DNA of 64,000 nucleotides from Octopus vulgaris (lineage: Eukaryota), in NCBI GenBank assembly GCA_951406725.2, contig OX597829.1:17794001-17858000 (forward strand), given 5' to 3'. Every line of letters starts with the position of its first letter. Position 1 is the stretch's first letter. Below the pieces are notes generated by a model, which was not told where the DNA came from, ran no database searches, and saw only the letters and a list, made by a program, of their open reading frames with translations. Shown here one piece after another: positions 41,540 through 55,941 of this stretch. A program made the position numbers and the translations under genes.

Positions 41540-41967
41540 CGTGTGTGGGTGGGTGTATTTATGTATATACATATATGCTTATATATGCACATACACATAC
41601 ATGTACCTCTTTTTATTCTTCCCCCTCGCCACTTCGTGTCTCTCCATCCCCCCCCCCCTCTCTCTCTCTCTCTCTCAAAATCCTCTACTGAAGAACAAAG
41701 CTTTGTTGCTAGGTGAGAAAAAAATATCATCACATTGGATCATTTTTTGTTTTTATATTTTTTAACATATATTATTACCAGGAATAACAAAAACGCTTTA
41801 TTTTGAAGAAAATAACATCCAATTTTTACACTCTTAGGAACTACTTTCGTTTTCTCGATCAACGGCGAATTCTTCATACATAAAATGAAATGGTTGCCAT
41901 TGGAATATCGTTGTACGTTAACCTGCTTAGTTAAATCAGACCTGTAACTAAAAAAAAAAAAAATGAA

Positions 41968-42176
41968 GGATCTTTTCTTTTTGATGGACAGAATTTTCTA
42001 GTTAACTAAACAATTTGAAACTTTGTATACTGGTAGAATGTGTCAAAAGAAAACATTATTGTAAACAAAATTGAAAACAAAATTGTAATTTGTAAGTTTA
42101 ATGTAGTTTAATTATTCGAATTTTAACCAATGAAATCCCAGTATTTCAGCTCGATTCATTTGCTGCGTCTAAGTAA

Positions 42177-42220
<44 letters not shown>

Positions 42221-43244
42221 TGTTATTCATTCTTTGTCTTCTGTCTTCTGTCTTCTGCATGTGCTAGAAATAACAGCTATATCTCTTAAATCGAAGAATT
42301 TCGTCGCCCAATAAAAATATTAACGATATTTTTTTAATATTTTCTTTATTTTTTTACCGAAAAGGCTTCTCCCATGTTTATTTCAATGTCATCCCTGACT
42401 TACGGAACGATTACCTGTGTGTGTGTGTGTTTGTTGTGTATATGCGTGCGTGTGTGTGTTTTGTTGTGTATATGTGCCTGTGTGTGTGTGTGTGTTTGTT
42501 GTGTATGTGTTATTGTTGTGTATGTGTGTGTGTTATTGTTGTGTATGTGTGTGTGTGTGTGTGTTTTGTTGTGTATATGTGCCTGTGTGTGTGTGTGTGT
42601 GTGTGTTTGTTGTGTATGTGTGTGCGTGTTTGTTGTGTATGTGTGTGCATGTGTGTGTCTTTTTGTTGTGTAAGTTTGCATGTGTGTGTGTTTTTTTGTT
42701 GTGTATATGTGTGCGTGTTTTTGTTGTGTATGTATGTGCGTGTGTTTTTGTTGTGTGTGTTGTGTGTTGTGTGTGTGTGTTTGTTGTGTATGTGTGTATG
42801 TGTGAAGTATGTAAGTGGTGCGTTAGGCATGACTTTATAGGAAATAACAAGACAATGCGTGGAAACCGCAAAAATAGTTGATGTCCTGCGAAAGCGGAAC
42901 GAATACGAACATGTTTTAAAAGTCCAAAAAATATCGTTAATATTTTTATTGGGCGACGAAATTCATCGATTATTTCTAGCACATGCAGAAGACAGAAGAC
43001 AAAGGATGAATAACACGTGTGTGTGTGTGTGCTGTTTACTTAGACGCAGCAAATGAATTGAGCTGAAATGCTGGGATTTCGTTGGTTAAAATTCGAATAA
43101 TTAAACCACGTTAAACATACAAATTACAATTTTGTTTTCAATTTTGTTTACAATAATGTTTTCTTTTGACACATTCTACCAGTATATGAAGTTTCAAATT
43201 GTTTAGTTAACTAGAAAATTCCGTCCATCAAAAAGAAAAGATCC
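41968..43244. mobile_element. 1277-bp foldback non-autonomous DNA transposon (Merlin-like)
   Basis: Inverted arms ~41968-42334 and ~42926-43244 beginning GGATCTTTTC; perfect 8-bp TSD AAAATGAA; TG-rich satellite in the centre. Confidence 0.9.
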
Positions 43245-43667
43245 AAAATGAAAAAAGAAAATAAAAACAATTTTGACTAGATCAAAATTTACATTAGAAA
43301 CTGTTAAACCAGTTACTAAAAGAAATTTGATCGCAATTTCCTTCAGACCCCGTTTACAGAAAAACAATGATACAAATTAGAACTAACATATTCCTTCCGT
43401 TCTGAGCTCAAATGCCGCCAGGGTCGGCTTTGCCTTTCGTCTTTTCGGTGTCGAAAAAAATGAGTGCCGGTTGAATACAAGGATTGATGTAATCAACTTA
43501 CTCCCTCTCCAAAATTGCTGGCCTTGTACCAAAATTTGAAACAAAATTTTGACATGTACCAAACAAGCCTGAAGTGACCTCCCCTAACTGGCAAATAAAT
43601 TTAAATATTAGCTGATGACTAATATCGTTTCTAGTTAAATGTTAACACTAGCATGTTAATGTATGCA

Positions 43668-43710
<43 letters not shown>

Positions 43711-43795
43711 AGAGTTTAGGAAAAAAACAAAAGACGAAGACAGGTGGTGTAGAAAAAAAACAGATGTATTAGTATAACGCTCAGCAATAGAAAAA

Positions 43796-43837
43796 GTCTT
43801 TTACGTTTCGAGCCTACGCTCTTCTACAGAAAGAGAC
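43796..43837 (-). ncRNA. Minimal hammerhead-like motif with a CUGUAGA core
   Basis: Reverse complement: tcttt-CTGTAGA-A-GAGC(GTAG)GCTC-GAA-ACGT-A-aaaga. Confidence 0.6.
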
Positions 43838-44629
43838 ACAGAAAAACCAAGTAGAGAAACAAGGAGAGAAAAAAATTTGTGTAGTGGCTAACAATCTATC
43901 ATGGTGAAGAGTTATATGATATATATATATTCATTCGTGTGTGTGCGTGTATGTTAGCTGTGAACTTCCTAAATGAATATGACTATGGCTGATTAAATAA
44001 AACGTATCACAACTTTACATAATGTGAGAACGACAGTGGTTCTGGAATCCTGCCAGCAACCTACAACACCTGTTGCAGGTTCATAAAACTTCTTCTGACT
44101 TCTTGCATGTTCCGAATCATTCTAATGATTTTTTTTTCTGTGCACCTTCATGAGCCTGGATAAACCTGAGCTAAATGAGAAACTGTAGGCTCAACGAAAT
44201 TGTTCTTTCGTGCTAATCTCCTTAAGCGAGACCATTTGTTTGCGTTTATTTATTACATATTTATATGTATATATTTCTATCCGGCTTCATCACCATATAA
44301 TTCTTTCCAGTTACCCGTTCAATACTCTTGCACTGAACTCTTGCACATATGTTTCTCGCTTGACAACCGATGCTGGTGTGTTTACATCAACGTAACTTAG
44401 CTGTTCGGCAAAAGAGACCGATAGAATAAGTACTAGGCTTGCAAAGAATAAGTCCTGGGGTCGATTTGCTCGACTAAAGGCGGTGCTCCAGCATGGCCGC
44501 AGTCAAATGACTGAAACAAGTAAAAGAGTAAAGAGTAAAGAGAGTGTTGGAGAGCATAAAGATTAAGAAACGGTTTGTTAACGTGGCAGACTGGAAGCTA
44601 TCTGGGTATTGCAAAAGAGTTGTCTATCG

Positions 44630-44820
44630 CATGGTGCCGGTGGCACGTAAAAGCACCTACTAGACTCTCGGAGTGGTTGGCGTTAGGAAGGGCATCCAGC
44701 TGTAGAAACTCTGCCAGATCAAGATTGGAGCCTGGTGCAGCCATCTGGTTCGCCAGCCCTCAGCTAAAATCGTCCAACTCATGCTAGCATGGAAAGCGGA
44801 CGTTAAACAATGATGATGAT
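44630..44820 (+). mobile_element. 3' portion of a SINE/LINE with a (GAT)n tail
   Basis: GGCGTTAGGAAGGGCATCCAGCTGTAGAAA...GGACGTTAAACAATGATGATGAT; family not determined. Confidence 0.55.
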
Positions 44821-45438
44821 GGTGGTGGTGATTTGTGCTGGGTATCAAAATGTAGACATCATGACTGCTGCTCAATGCTCTGTGAACACTGTGGAGGCTG
44901 TGTGGTGTGACGCGGACAGTTGAAAAACCAGGTTCTAGCAAACTGTGATGGTCTTTTGGTGTGTCTCAGCGAGAGTGGCATCATGCCACCCTACATCTTT
45001 GAACATTTTGCCACATAATTATTCCTCGTCAGCTTTATATACGCCCTACATTAAATATATTACCCCAAACCTACCTATCTTAGTATCTGTCCGGCTTTAA
45101 CTATAATCTGTCACAATTATTTCTTGTTAACATTTAAAACTAATTACATTAACCATGTTATTAATGTACCCAGCTCTCTAATTTAAAGCTTAATTAATTC
45201 TAGTTAAAGCTTTAAATTCCTTATACAAAATACATTAAGACTACCAACTTAACTAGTCTGTACCATTGCATAACTATTCCTAGGTAATTATCTTAAATTT
45301 CTTTCATTAAATTCACCAACGCTACCTTAGCTGTCTTCTAATAACAATAATAATCATCAGTATGGAAACAAGCGTTAGACGACAGATATAAAAGCAGAGA
45401 CGGTTAAATCGCACCTTTTTTTTCTCGAAACTAGTAAA

Positions 45439-45887
45439 GGGTCTTTTCGGTTTGAACGGCAGTTTTTTCTAGCGGTGTCATATGAAATTGTCACCCATGA
45501 TTATGACCCTAGTATCGATCTATTGCATTTCAATCTGATTTAAGGCTAGGGTTAGTTAGGGTTAGGTTTAGAGTTAGGGTTAAGGTTAGGGTGGGGGAAG
45601 GGTATCTTTTTCCTTCACAAATGTAAATAAACCCAATCTGTTTCTTAAACGGGGGACATATTCATACGGCACAGAATGTTTTCACCTCAATAGACGTCAT
45701 TGATTGGTTGAAATTGCAGAAATTGAAGACAAAAAAACAACAAATATCTTACAAACTATAGAATTTTCTCAATAAAGCGAAGAGAAAAAGATGTTTTATA
45801 AAACATTCTACCAGTATACGAAGTTTAAAAGTGTTTAGTTACGTGGAAATTATTTTTTAAAAACTGCAGGTCAAACCGAAAAGATCC
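45439..45887. mobile_element. Second copy of the 9054 MITE in opposite orientation
   Basis: Full-length reverse-complement similarity; TTAGGG-like tract at ~45540-45591; TSD not preserved. Confidence 0.88.
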
Positions 45888-46534
45888 AGGATTTGTTTTA
45901 AATAATAATTTAGAAAACCGAACTCGATGGAATTTGAACTCTTGATACATAAACTAACGTAAAAAAGAGTCACCACTAATTTACTAAATAAGACTGAAAA
46001 CATTGCGTCCTGTCACTTTGCCGAATAAGCGACACCAGCGCCGGCAACGCGGGAGTTGACAGACACATCAATCAATAAAATAAGCGTGAGACACGGGAGT
46101 AGTAGTAGCACAGACTAGATGTTTAAAGCTAAACTGGTGTGTGAGCAGAAACTTCGGATCCCGTGGGGAATATAAATTTCACTTTGCTTAGAACCCTACA
46201 GGGATCAATAAAAGGGAATATTATGGTAATATACACTCTATATAAGTAAGTAAGCTTGATTCATTCGAATATAATACTTCCCTTTTGGAAAGAATAAAAG
46301 GACTTTGTGTATGAAGAAGGCAAAATGAATCATCAAAATCCGGTTTTAACAAATGCATATGTTCAGTGTCTTCCACTTGTCGTGTAGTTTTTAAATATTA
46401 CAACATGCGACAGTTTTCCTGTGTGAGTCTGGTTTAGTCAGCGAGTGTGATCTCAGATTAAGAGCTTTGGTATATGTGTATGTACCTAAGTACATGCATA
46501 TATATATGTGTATGTGTGTGTGTCAAAATCTGAA

Positions 46535-46585
<51 letters not shown>

Positions 46586-47598
46586 GCACACACACATATA
46601 TATATATGTACATATATATATATGTACATATATACAACGGGCTTCTTTCCATTTCCGTCTACAAAATCCACTCACAAGGCTTTGGTCGGCCCAAGGCTAT
46701 AGTAGAAGACACTTGCCCAAAGTGCAACGCAGTGGGACTGAACCCGGAACCATATGGTTCGTAAGCAAGCTACCTACCACTGTTTTCAGATGACAGCGAC
46801 CCCCACTCCCCCCAGTGTTTAACCGATACTTCTTTTGTCGACCTCGAAAGGGTGAGAAGCAAAGTCGACCTTGGAGGAATTTGAACTTAAAGACAGATGA
46901 CATGCTGCAAGGCACTTTTACAAGGCCACCACCTTAACACGCACGCACACACATACACACATATACACACACTCGCGCGTACCTATATATATATATATAT
47001 ATATATAATGTTTGTTTTTATGATCAGTTTTCGTCTGCCGTTACGTTCTGAGTTCAAATTCCACCGAGGTCGACTTTGCTTTTTATCCCTTCGTGGTCGA
47101 TTAAACAAGTACCAGTTACGCACTGTTGTCGATATGATCGACTTAATCCGTTTGTCTGTCCTTGATTGTGTCCCCTCTGTGTGTAGCCCCTTGTGGTCAG
47201 TAAAAAAATATCAAACATCTCTAGTTAATTAATTGCAGGCTTAACCAAGTTTTGCGCACACCATCATAAATATTATTTGCTGCTTTTATGTATATTAGAA
47301 CAACCACTCTTACACAGTTGTGAACTATCGATTCGATTTCCATAGCTGACGAACCGTAACGACGCAAAAACACGTGTTCTACGATCCAAGAAATTTGTTC
47401 ATAATGTAGTGATGTGTATTCATGCAAATTATATATAACAAGAATTTTTCCCAAGGATAGTTTCAACAGGGAAAGGCCTTCACACTTCCGGGTGTACAAG
47501 AACGTATTTAACATGACTGTATGACTGTAGCAGATATATGTCAATCAACTATGCTCCGGGAGCTCCGAGATAATTTATAGATCGGTAGACAGACAGAA

Positions 47599-47828
47599 GG
47601 CGGCGAGCTGGCAGAAACGTTAGCACGCCGGGCGAAATGCGTAGTCGTATTTCGTCTGCCGTTACGTTCTGAGTTCAAATTCCGCCGAGGTCGACTTTGC
47701 CTTTCATCCTTTCGGGGTCGATTAAATAAGTACCAGTTACGCACTGGGGGTTGATATAATCGACTTAATCCGTTTGTCTGTCCTTGTTTGTCCTCTGTGT
47801 TTAGCCCCTTGTGGGTAGTAAAGAAATA
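47599..47828 (+). mobile_element. tRNA-SINE family A, full length
   Basis: GGTAGACAGACA duplicated on both sides. Confidence 0.9.
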
Positions 47829-47844
47829 GGTAGACAGACAAATG

Positions 47845-48044
47845 CATTCATACATACACACATACATACATACATACATACATACATACATACATACATA
47901 CATACATACATACATACATAAATACATACATACATATATACATACATAAATGCATACATACATACATACATACATACATACATACACATTCATACATACA
48001 TAGATACATTCATACATAATACATACATTCATAGATACACACAC

Positions 48045-48075
<31 letters not shown>

Positions 48076-48232
48076 CATACATAAATATATACATACATAC
48101 ATACACACACATACATACATACATACATGCATACATACATAAATACATACATACATACATACATACATACATACATACATACATACATACATACATACAT
48201 ACATACATACATACATACATACATACATACAT
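47845..48232. repeat. (TACA)n array
   Basis: Directly visible. Confidence 0.95.
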
Positions 48233-48944
48233 AATGCTGGTCTATAGAATGTCAGCTGTCCAATCCACTGTCATGAAATACTGCCATAACGGACAGGTCA
48301 TGTGGTTAGAATGAAAGAAAATAGATTTCTCGTCATATTCTTTCCCGTGGATTAATCACTGGCAAAAGACCAGTTTTCACCATCACGAAAAACCATCAAA
48401 ATCTCCAAGAAGCTAGAATAGTCATGAAAATTTGGAAAGCTGAAGCTGAGAAGCGTTTCAAGTGGCGTCACTTCGTCAGCGCGAACCTGATGTTCTTTTG
48501 TTTTGTTTCTTTGTTGTTTTCGTTTTTGTTTTTGATTTCTTTTAATCAAAATAAAAAGGGAAGGCTTGGAGAAAATTTAAAGACCACAAGATATAATGGC
48601 AGTAAAGACCCACTCATGCCTTCCATCTCATCATCTTTTTTTTTTCTTTTTTTTTTGCCATGTTTGTTCCCACCAATGTTTCGCACGAGGATTAACCATC
48701 TCTGTTATAAATATCATAGTAGAACCACTCAAGCGGGAAAACATTGAAATTCTCGGACACGAGAAACAGCCGACCACGATGGTGACGACGGCAGGTGCAT
48801 TTTCAGAGGCTTACACACACACACACACACACACACATGCATATACATACATACGTACGTACTTACATATATACGTTCATTCATATTTTCATACATACAT
48901 GCATTCAAACATACATACGTACGTACTTCATATACACACATACT

Positions 48945-48988
<44 letters not shown>

Positions 48989-49301
48989 TATATACGTACT
49001 TACTTCATATATACACACACACTTACATACATACACATACATGCATACACTCACACACATACCTGCATACACATGCATACGTATATACGTAATACATTCT
49101 TACACATACACACACTCATACATACTTACATACATACATACAGACAGACAGACAGACAGACAGACACACGTACGTAAATTTATTCATAAACATACATGTA
49201 ATGTCGATATGTGTGTTCACGTGACATCTTCTACATACGTCAATCACTGTATGTGTGTGTATGTATTCTTTGCACATGCATGTGCGTGGGCTACTGTGTC
49301 T

Positions 49302-49364
<63 letters not shown>

Positions 49365-49697
49365 GGGGAGAAAGAGAGAAGACAAAATATTTGGTAGGGA
49401 GACTCACATCTGGAAGCTTTCCTTTTCGTTTTCGGTTTAATTTTTGTTTTCTTTTTATTTTGTTCTTTTGTTCTTAGTGTTGCTTCTCTGGTTTTTGTTG
49501 TTGTTGTTGTTGTTGCTGCTGCTGCTGCTGCTACTGCGTTCCTCTTTTGGCTCTTTTATTTATTTATTTGTTTATTTTTACTTTTGTGTCACTGAAATCT
49601 ATACTTCAAATAATTTTTCTTTATATTTTATGGATGTCTTAATCATTCCCAAATGCTGTGGAAAATGTTCTTTTACTTGGAAAATGTATAAAGGAAC

Positions 49698-49830
<133 letters not shown>

Positions 49831-50081
49831 AATACAAAAAGAAAACAAATATATATATAATTAAATACTTCTATATTGGATAAAATCTACTCCACACTCA
49901 CATTCTCTCCCTTTCTCTCTCTCCCGTTCCCTCTCTCTCTCTCTCTCAGTCTCTCCTTCTTCACAGTGTCTATCATTTTGTCTGTCTATCAATCTACCTC
50001 TCTATATCTTCCTACTCTAACTTTCTATCTTCTGTCTACCGATCTATTTATACTATGTATGTATGTATGTATGTATGTATG

Positions 50082-50112
<31 letters not shown>

Positions 50113-50523
50113 GTGTATATGTATGTATGTACGTATGTATGTACGTTTGTATGTATGTATGTATGTATGTATGTATGTATGTCTGTATGTGTGTATTATG
50201 TATGTATGTATGTATGTATGTATGTATGTGTGTGTATGTATGTATATGTGTGTGTATGTATGTACGCATGCATGCTTGAATGTATGTGTATGGATGAATG
50301 CATGTAATTATGTGTGCATGTATGTGTTATATATTTTATATAGATTACATATTTATATATTTATGTGTGCGTATATGTATTATATTATATGTTTTATATA
50401 TATTACATATCTATTTATTTGTGTACATACATACACACACACACACATATACACACTTGTGTTCGCTCATATTTCCTTTCTTAATCAAATATGAATAAAA
50501 GAATAACTACTGCAGCTACTACG

Positions 50524-50753
<230 letters not shown>

Positions 50754-51070
50754 TCTTTATTGCCCACAGGGCGCTAAACATAGAAGGGACAAACAAGGAC
50801 GGACAAGGGGATTAAGTCGATTACATCGACCCCAGTGTGTAATTGGTATTTATTTAATCGACCCCGAAATAATGAAAAGCAAAGTCGTGCCCGGTGGAAT
50901 TTGAACTCAGAATGTAAATACAGACGAAACACCACCAAGTATTTCACCCAGTGTGCTAACGTTTTTGCCAGCACGCTGTCTTCAAATAATGATAACAACA
51001 ACAACAACAACAAAAACAACAACAACAACAACAACAGCAACAACAACAATAATAATAATAGTAATAATAA

Positions 51071-51400
51071 GGGGTAAAGACCCCCTTCGGTCATGAATGA
51101 CTATGGGATTGCACCTAGAAAGTTACCCTCCTAGACACAAGTCCGGGCAAGGTTGTTTACGGAAGACCAGCGGTCGCCCATGCATAACGGCCTCCCCTCT
51201 CCACGCCACCAGTGTTAACCAAGGGAAAGACAAAGGTCGATACAGCTTGGCACGAGTGACGTCGCAACTCATTTCTACAGCTGAGTGAACTGGAGCAACG
51301 TGAAATAAAGTGCCTTGCTCAAGAACACAACACGCAGCCCGGTCCGGGATTCGAGCTCACAACCTCACGATCGTAAGCTCGACGCTCTAACCACTGAGCC

Positions 51401-51402
<2 letters not shown>
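51071..51402 (-). mobile_element. tRNA-SINE family D; second copy at 53652-53977 (-)
   Basis: A box TGGCTCAGTGGTTAGAGC, B box GAGCTCGAATCCC, TTGAGCAAGGCACTT body. Confidence 0.85.
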
Positions 51403-51459
<57 letters not shown>

Positions 51460-52054
51460 CAAAACCGCTGACAAATGGTATAAACACCATCCTGAAGCTG
51501 TGACTGAGGGAGAAAATGTGTCGATTCTATGGTACTTCTCCATACAGACCGACAAGACTATAAAAGCTAATAAACTGGATATTATTATGAAAGATCGGAC
51601 AAAAAGATGTGTTTATTAATTGACATGAGTATTCCTTGCGATCACAATATAGCGGCGAAAGAATTTGACAAGATTAGTAAATATAAAGACTTGCTAATAG
51701 AAATTGAAAAAATGTGGCATCTCAAGGCGACTACAGTACCAGTAATTGTAGGATCTCTAGGAATGATAAAAAAAGGTACTGAAACCTATTTGAAAATGAT
51801 TCCAGTCTTACCATCCCTACAGGAAGTGCAAAAAATCGTATTAACTGGAACGGCTCATGTACTGAGAAGAGCACTATCGCTGTGAAAATAACATCCATCC
51901 ATGAATTTATTTATTTATTAATTTTTAAATACATATTTTATCTGTGAATTTGCGTGTGTAATCTGGGAATGCATACAATGAGCTTCTCTGCCCTAGGTGT
52001 ATGGAAAACACCCGGCGAGAAACGGAAGAAAATTTGAGGAAAGAAGGAAAAAAC
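51460..52054 (+). mobile_element. 5'-truncated R4/Dong-like LINE in (AAT)n
   Basis: KWYKHHPEAVTEGENVSILW, CLLIDMSIPCD, KISKYKDL, VPVIVGSLG, plus 3' UTR; (AAT)n on both sides. Confidence 0.88.
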
Positions 52055-52069
52055 ATAATAATAATAATG

Positions 52070-52127
<58 letters not shown>

Positions 52128-52136
52128 TAATAATGC

Positions 52137-52175
<39 letters not shown>

Positions 52176-52204
52176 TAATATTAATAAGAATAATAATCAT
52201 AATC

Positions 52205-52250
<46 letters not shown>

Positions 52251-52255
52251 TAATA

Positions 52256-52310
<55 letters not shown>

Positions 52311-52345
52311 TAATATTAATAAGAATAATAATCATAATCATAATC

Positions 52346-52385
<40 letters not shown>

Positions 52386-52390
52386 TAATA

Positions 52391-52436
<46 letters not shown>

Positions 52437-52497
52437 TAATATTAATAAGAATAATAATCATAATCATAATCATAATAATAATAATAATAATAATAAC

Positions 52498-52584
<87 letters not shown>

Positions 52585-52595
52585 AAGAAGAAGAA
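52055..52595. repeat. (AAT)n with higher-order structure, then (AAG)n
   Basis: Variant block GATAATATTAATAAGAATAATAATCATAATCAT occurs three times. Confidence 0.9.
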
Positions 52596-53106
52596 TAACA
52601 ACAACAATGATACTGCAGCAGCTGCTGCGGCGCTGGTGTTGCTAGTAGTAGTAGTAGTGCGGTCTTCGGCGGTGGTGGTTGTGATGGTGGTAGTTGAGGT
52701 GGTGATGGTGGTGGTGGTGGTGGTGGTGGTGGTGGTGGTGGTGGTGGAGGTCGGTGGGCATATATAGATGTAGTTGTTAATTATATGTGGTAATTATATA
52801 CACATGGTTACCATAATAATTATTGTTATCTTTATTGTTGTAAAAGCGACGTGCTATCAGAATCATTACCGAGTCGGACAAAATGCTTAGCAGCATTTAT
52901 TCCGTCTTTACATTGTGAGTTTAAATTCTATTGATGTCAACTTTATCTTCCATTTGACTTTACCTTCTATCCTTTTGGAGTCAATGTATAAGGACCAGTC
53001 GAGCGTTGTGGCCGATGTAATGAACTAACACCTAATCCTCTCAAAATTTCAGGCTTTGTGTCAATAGAAGACAGAAATTAATATTATTATTATCATTATT
53101 ATTATT

Positions 53107-53581
53107 GAGTGAGCGAGCAGAGCATGCCATCAAAGTGACACTGGGGTAAAATATACGACGCCCAGTATACCCATCATGACTACCTGTCTGATAAGGGTAC
53201 ACCAGGCACATGCATCACAACCATATGTGCGCGACATGGTGATCTCATATCAAGATAAACAGCACATGACCTTGCAGGTTGAGCCCAGTTAGAATTTTCT
53301 TCAGATCGAGTAACCCATCCCGCTCAAAAGGTCCCTGAATAAGGGTTGTTTAAGGACGTTGAACGAAACATCCATGTTTCCAGAGGAGAATTATTCAAAC
53401 CCCAAAGAATCCTTCTCAACACATGGCTATGATGCTCCCCCACTACTTCTGCTCGTGATCAGAGATGCACATATCAGCCACTAAGGGATATGCTCAACTG
53501 GTTAAGGTCAAACAACTGACAAGCAAATCTGTGGTATTGAGCAGAATATTTGCTGTAGCCCATCTTTTATACCAAGACAAA

Positions 53582-53582
<1 letters not shown>
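53107..53582 (-). mobile_element. Non-coding repeat embedded in (ATT)n; homolog at 58027-58383 (+), 3' remnant at 55235-55257
   Basis: Reverse-complement similarity between the copies; all abut AAT tracts in the same polarity. Confidence 0.8.
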
Positions 53583-53625
<43 letters not shown>

Positions 53626-54100
53626 CATCATCATCATCATCACCATTGCTGAGACCCCTTCGGTCATGAATGACCATGGGATTGCACCTAGAAAATTCCC
53701 CTCTAAGATACAAGTCTGAGGCAGGTTGTTTATGGAAGACCAGCAGTCGCCCATGCATACCAGCCTCTCCTCTCCACTCCACTGATGTTATCCAAGGGAA
53801 AGGCAAAGGGGCCGATACAGCTTGGCACCTCTGACGTCGCAACTTGTTTCTACAGCTGAGTGAACTGGAGCAACGGGAAATAAATTGCTCAATAGCACAA
53901 CACGCAACCCGGTCCGAGATTCGAACTCACAACCTCGCGATCGTAAGCTCGACGCTCAAACCACTGAGCCATGCGCCTTCACTATCACCATTAATATTAT
54001 TATTATTATTATTATTATCACAAGGCGCCGAGCTTGCAAAATCGCTGTCAAGCCAGGCAAAATGCTTAGCGATATTTCGCCCGTCGTTACGTTCTGGGTT

Positions 54101-55230
54101 CTGCTCAGGATCTGGTTCGGTCCCGATCTGCAGGTGGATAAGAATTGGGACAAGGTGACGAACAAGGTGGCCAGTCTAAACAAGAAATGAGCAGAACAGA
54201 AGCTGTCCCTGAAAGCTCAGGCAGAGGTGGTGCATAGTTACATAGCCTCTGTCATCATTTATCGCCTAACCATCGTATCTGTCCCAGTTACTGTATCTCT
54301 TATTTATTTTCTTGTTGAAGAGACGTGTTCCAATGTTCAGGCGGTCATCTGCTGCCGGCACCCTCTGATTAGCGGCTTAGACATGTCATGGCTTCTGAAG
54401 CGCAGACACGCTCTCGGGTTGCCCCACTTGTAATGACTTATAGACGGGGAACATGAGTAGGCTCCGTTTGTGAGGCACGTCTTTCCGCAGCTCACCTCTT
54501 TCACGGAGCTGCAGTCCTGGGTGAAGAATAGACCGTGACTGGGTGCCTGGCACCTAGGATATTGTCAGGCGCCCAGTCCTCAGCCAGTTTGGCAACAGGA
54601 TCGGTGGGTGTTCCACTTTAGCAATATATGGAGGGTAAGTGGCGAGGAAATGCGACGACGTCCTCGGAGAGACCCTGGACATCGACGAAAACGAACTCTG
54701 TTCCGAGGGACTTATAGGTCAGGACAGCTATAGATAATTTCCAGATGTCTTTTACCTGGCAGTGCTACCGGTTAGTGGATGGGAGGCACTACCGGTTGGA
54801 GATAAACTCCACAGGCACGGATGTGCTTCCAGGCGGGCTTTTCCCAGGTGCACGCAGAACGACGAAACCGTTCTGCACACACTCATTCATTGCCTGGTCA
54901 TTGGTGACTTGTGGAGTTATGTCGAATAGCTGCTTTGCGTGTAGGATAGATCCAATCCATCTGTCGGCCGAGTTCACAGTGATGATTGGCCCACAGCCCC
55001 TTTTAATCGGTTGCTGTGGCGAGAGTTTCCCTTGTCTGGTTGCCTGGTGGAAAGAAATGAACACAGAGACATACCTCTTTGGCAATGGAAACTGAGGGTG
55101 GAGCAGGAAGTGCTGTCCTCAAATGAATTTATTGAAAGGTGGGTAAAAGTTCCGAAAATTGCAAGGGTGGACGGCACCATTGTAAGTGTAGAACTCTGAG
55201 TCGGAGCGAAGGAATTGGAGAGGGATTTGT
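54101..55230 (+). mobile_element. Degenerate L1/Tx1-like ORF2 C-terminal fragment
   Basis: LLRIWFGPDLQVDKNWDKVTNKV..KLSLKAQAEVVHSYIASVIIYRLT resembles the LG(V/I)WF..NW..W..R.LSL.GR region of L1/Tx1; many stops. Confidence 0.65.
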
Positions 55231-55257
55231 TCTTAGCATGTGCCTGCTCTCTCACTC

Positions 55258-55341
<84 letters not shown>

Positions 55342-55366
55342 TATAATTATAATAATAATAATAATG

Positions 55367-55449
<83 letters not shown>

Positions 55450-55672
55450 TATAATTATAATAATAATAATAATAATAATTATAATTATAATAATAATAAT
55501 AATAATTATTATTATTATAATAATAATAATAATAATTATTATAATTATAATAATAATAATAATAATAATAATGATAATAATAATAATAATAGTAATAATA
55601 ATAATAATAATTATAATTATAATAATAATAATAATAATAATTATAATTATAATAATAATAATAATAATAATT

Positions 55673-55703
<31 letters not shown>

Positions 55704-55705
55704 TG

Positions 55706-55746
<41 letters not shown>

Positions 55747-55873
55747 TATAATAATAATAATAATAATAATTATAATTATAATTATAATAATAATAATAAT
55801 AATAATTATAATTATAATAATAATAATAATAATAATAATTATAATTATAATAATAATAATAATAATAATAATG

Positions 55874-55940
<67 letters not shown>
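55258..55940. repeat. ~680-bp (AAT)n array with TAT/GAT interruptions
   Basis: Directly visible. Confidence 0.97.
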
Positions 55941-55941
<1 letters not shown>

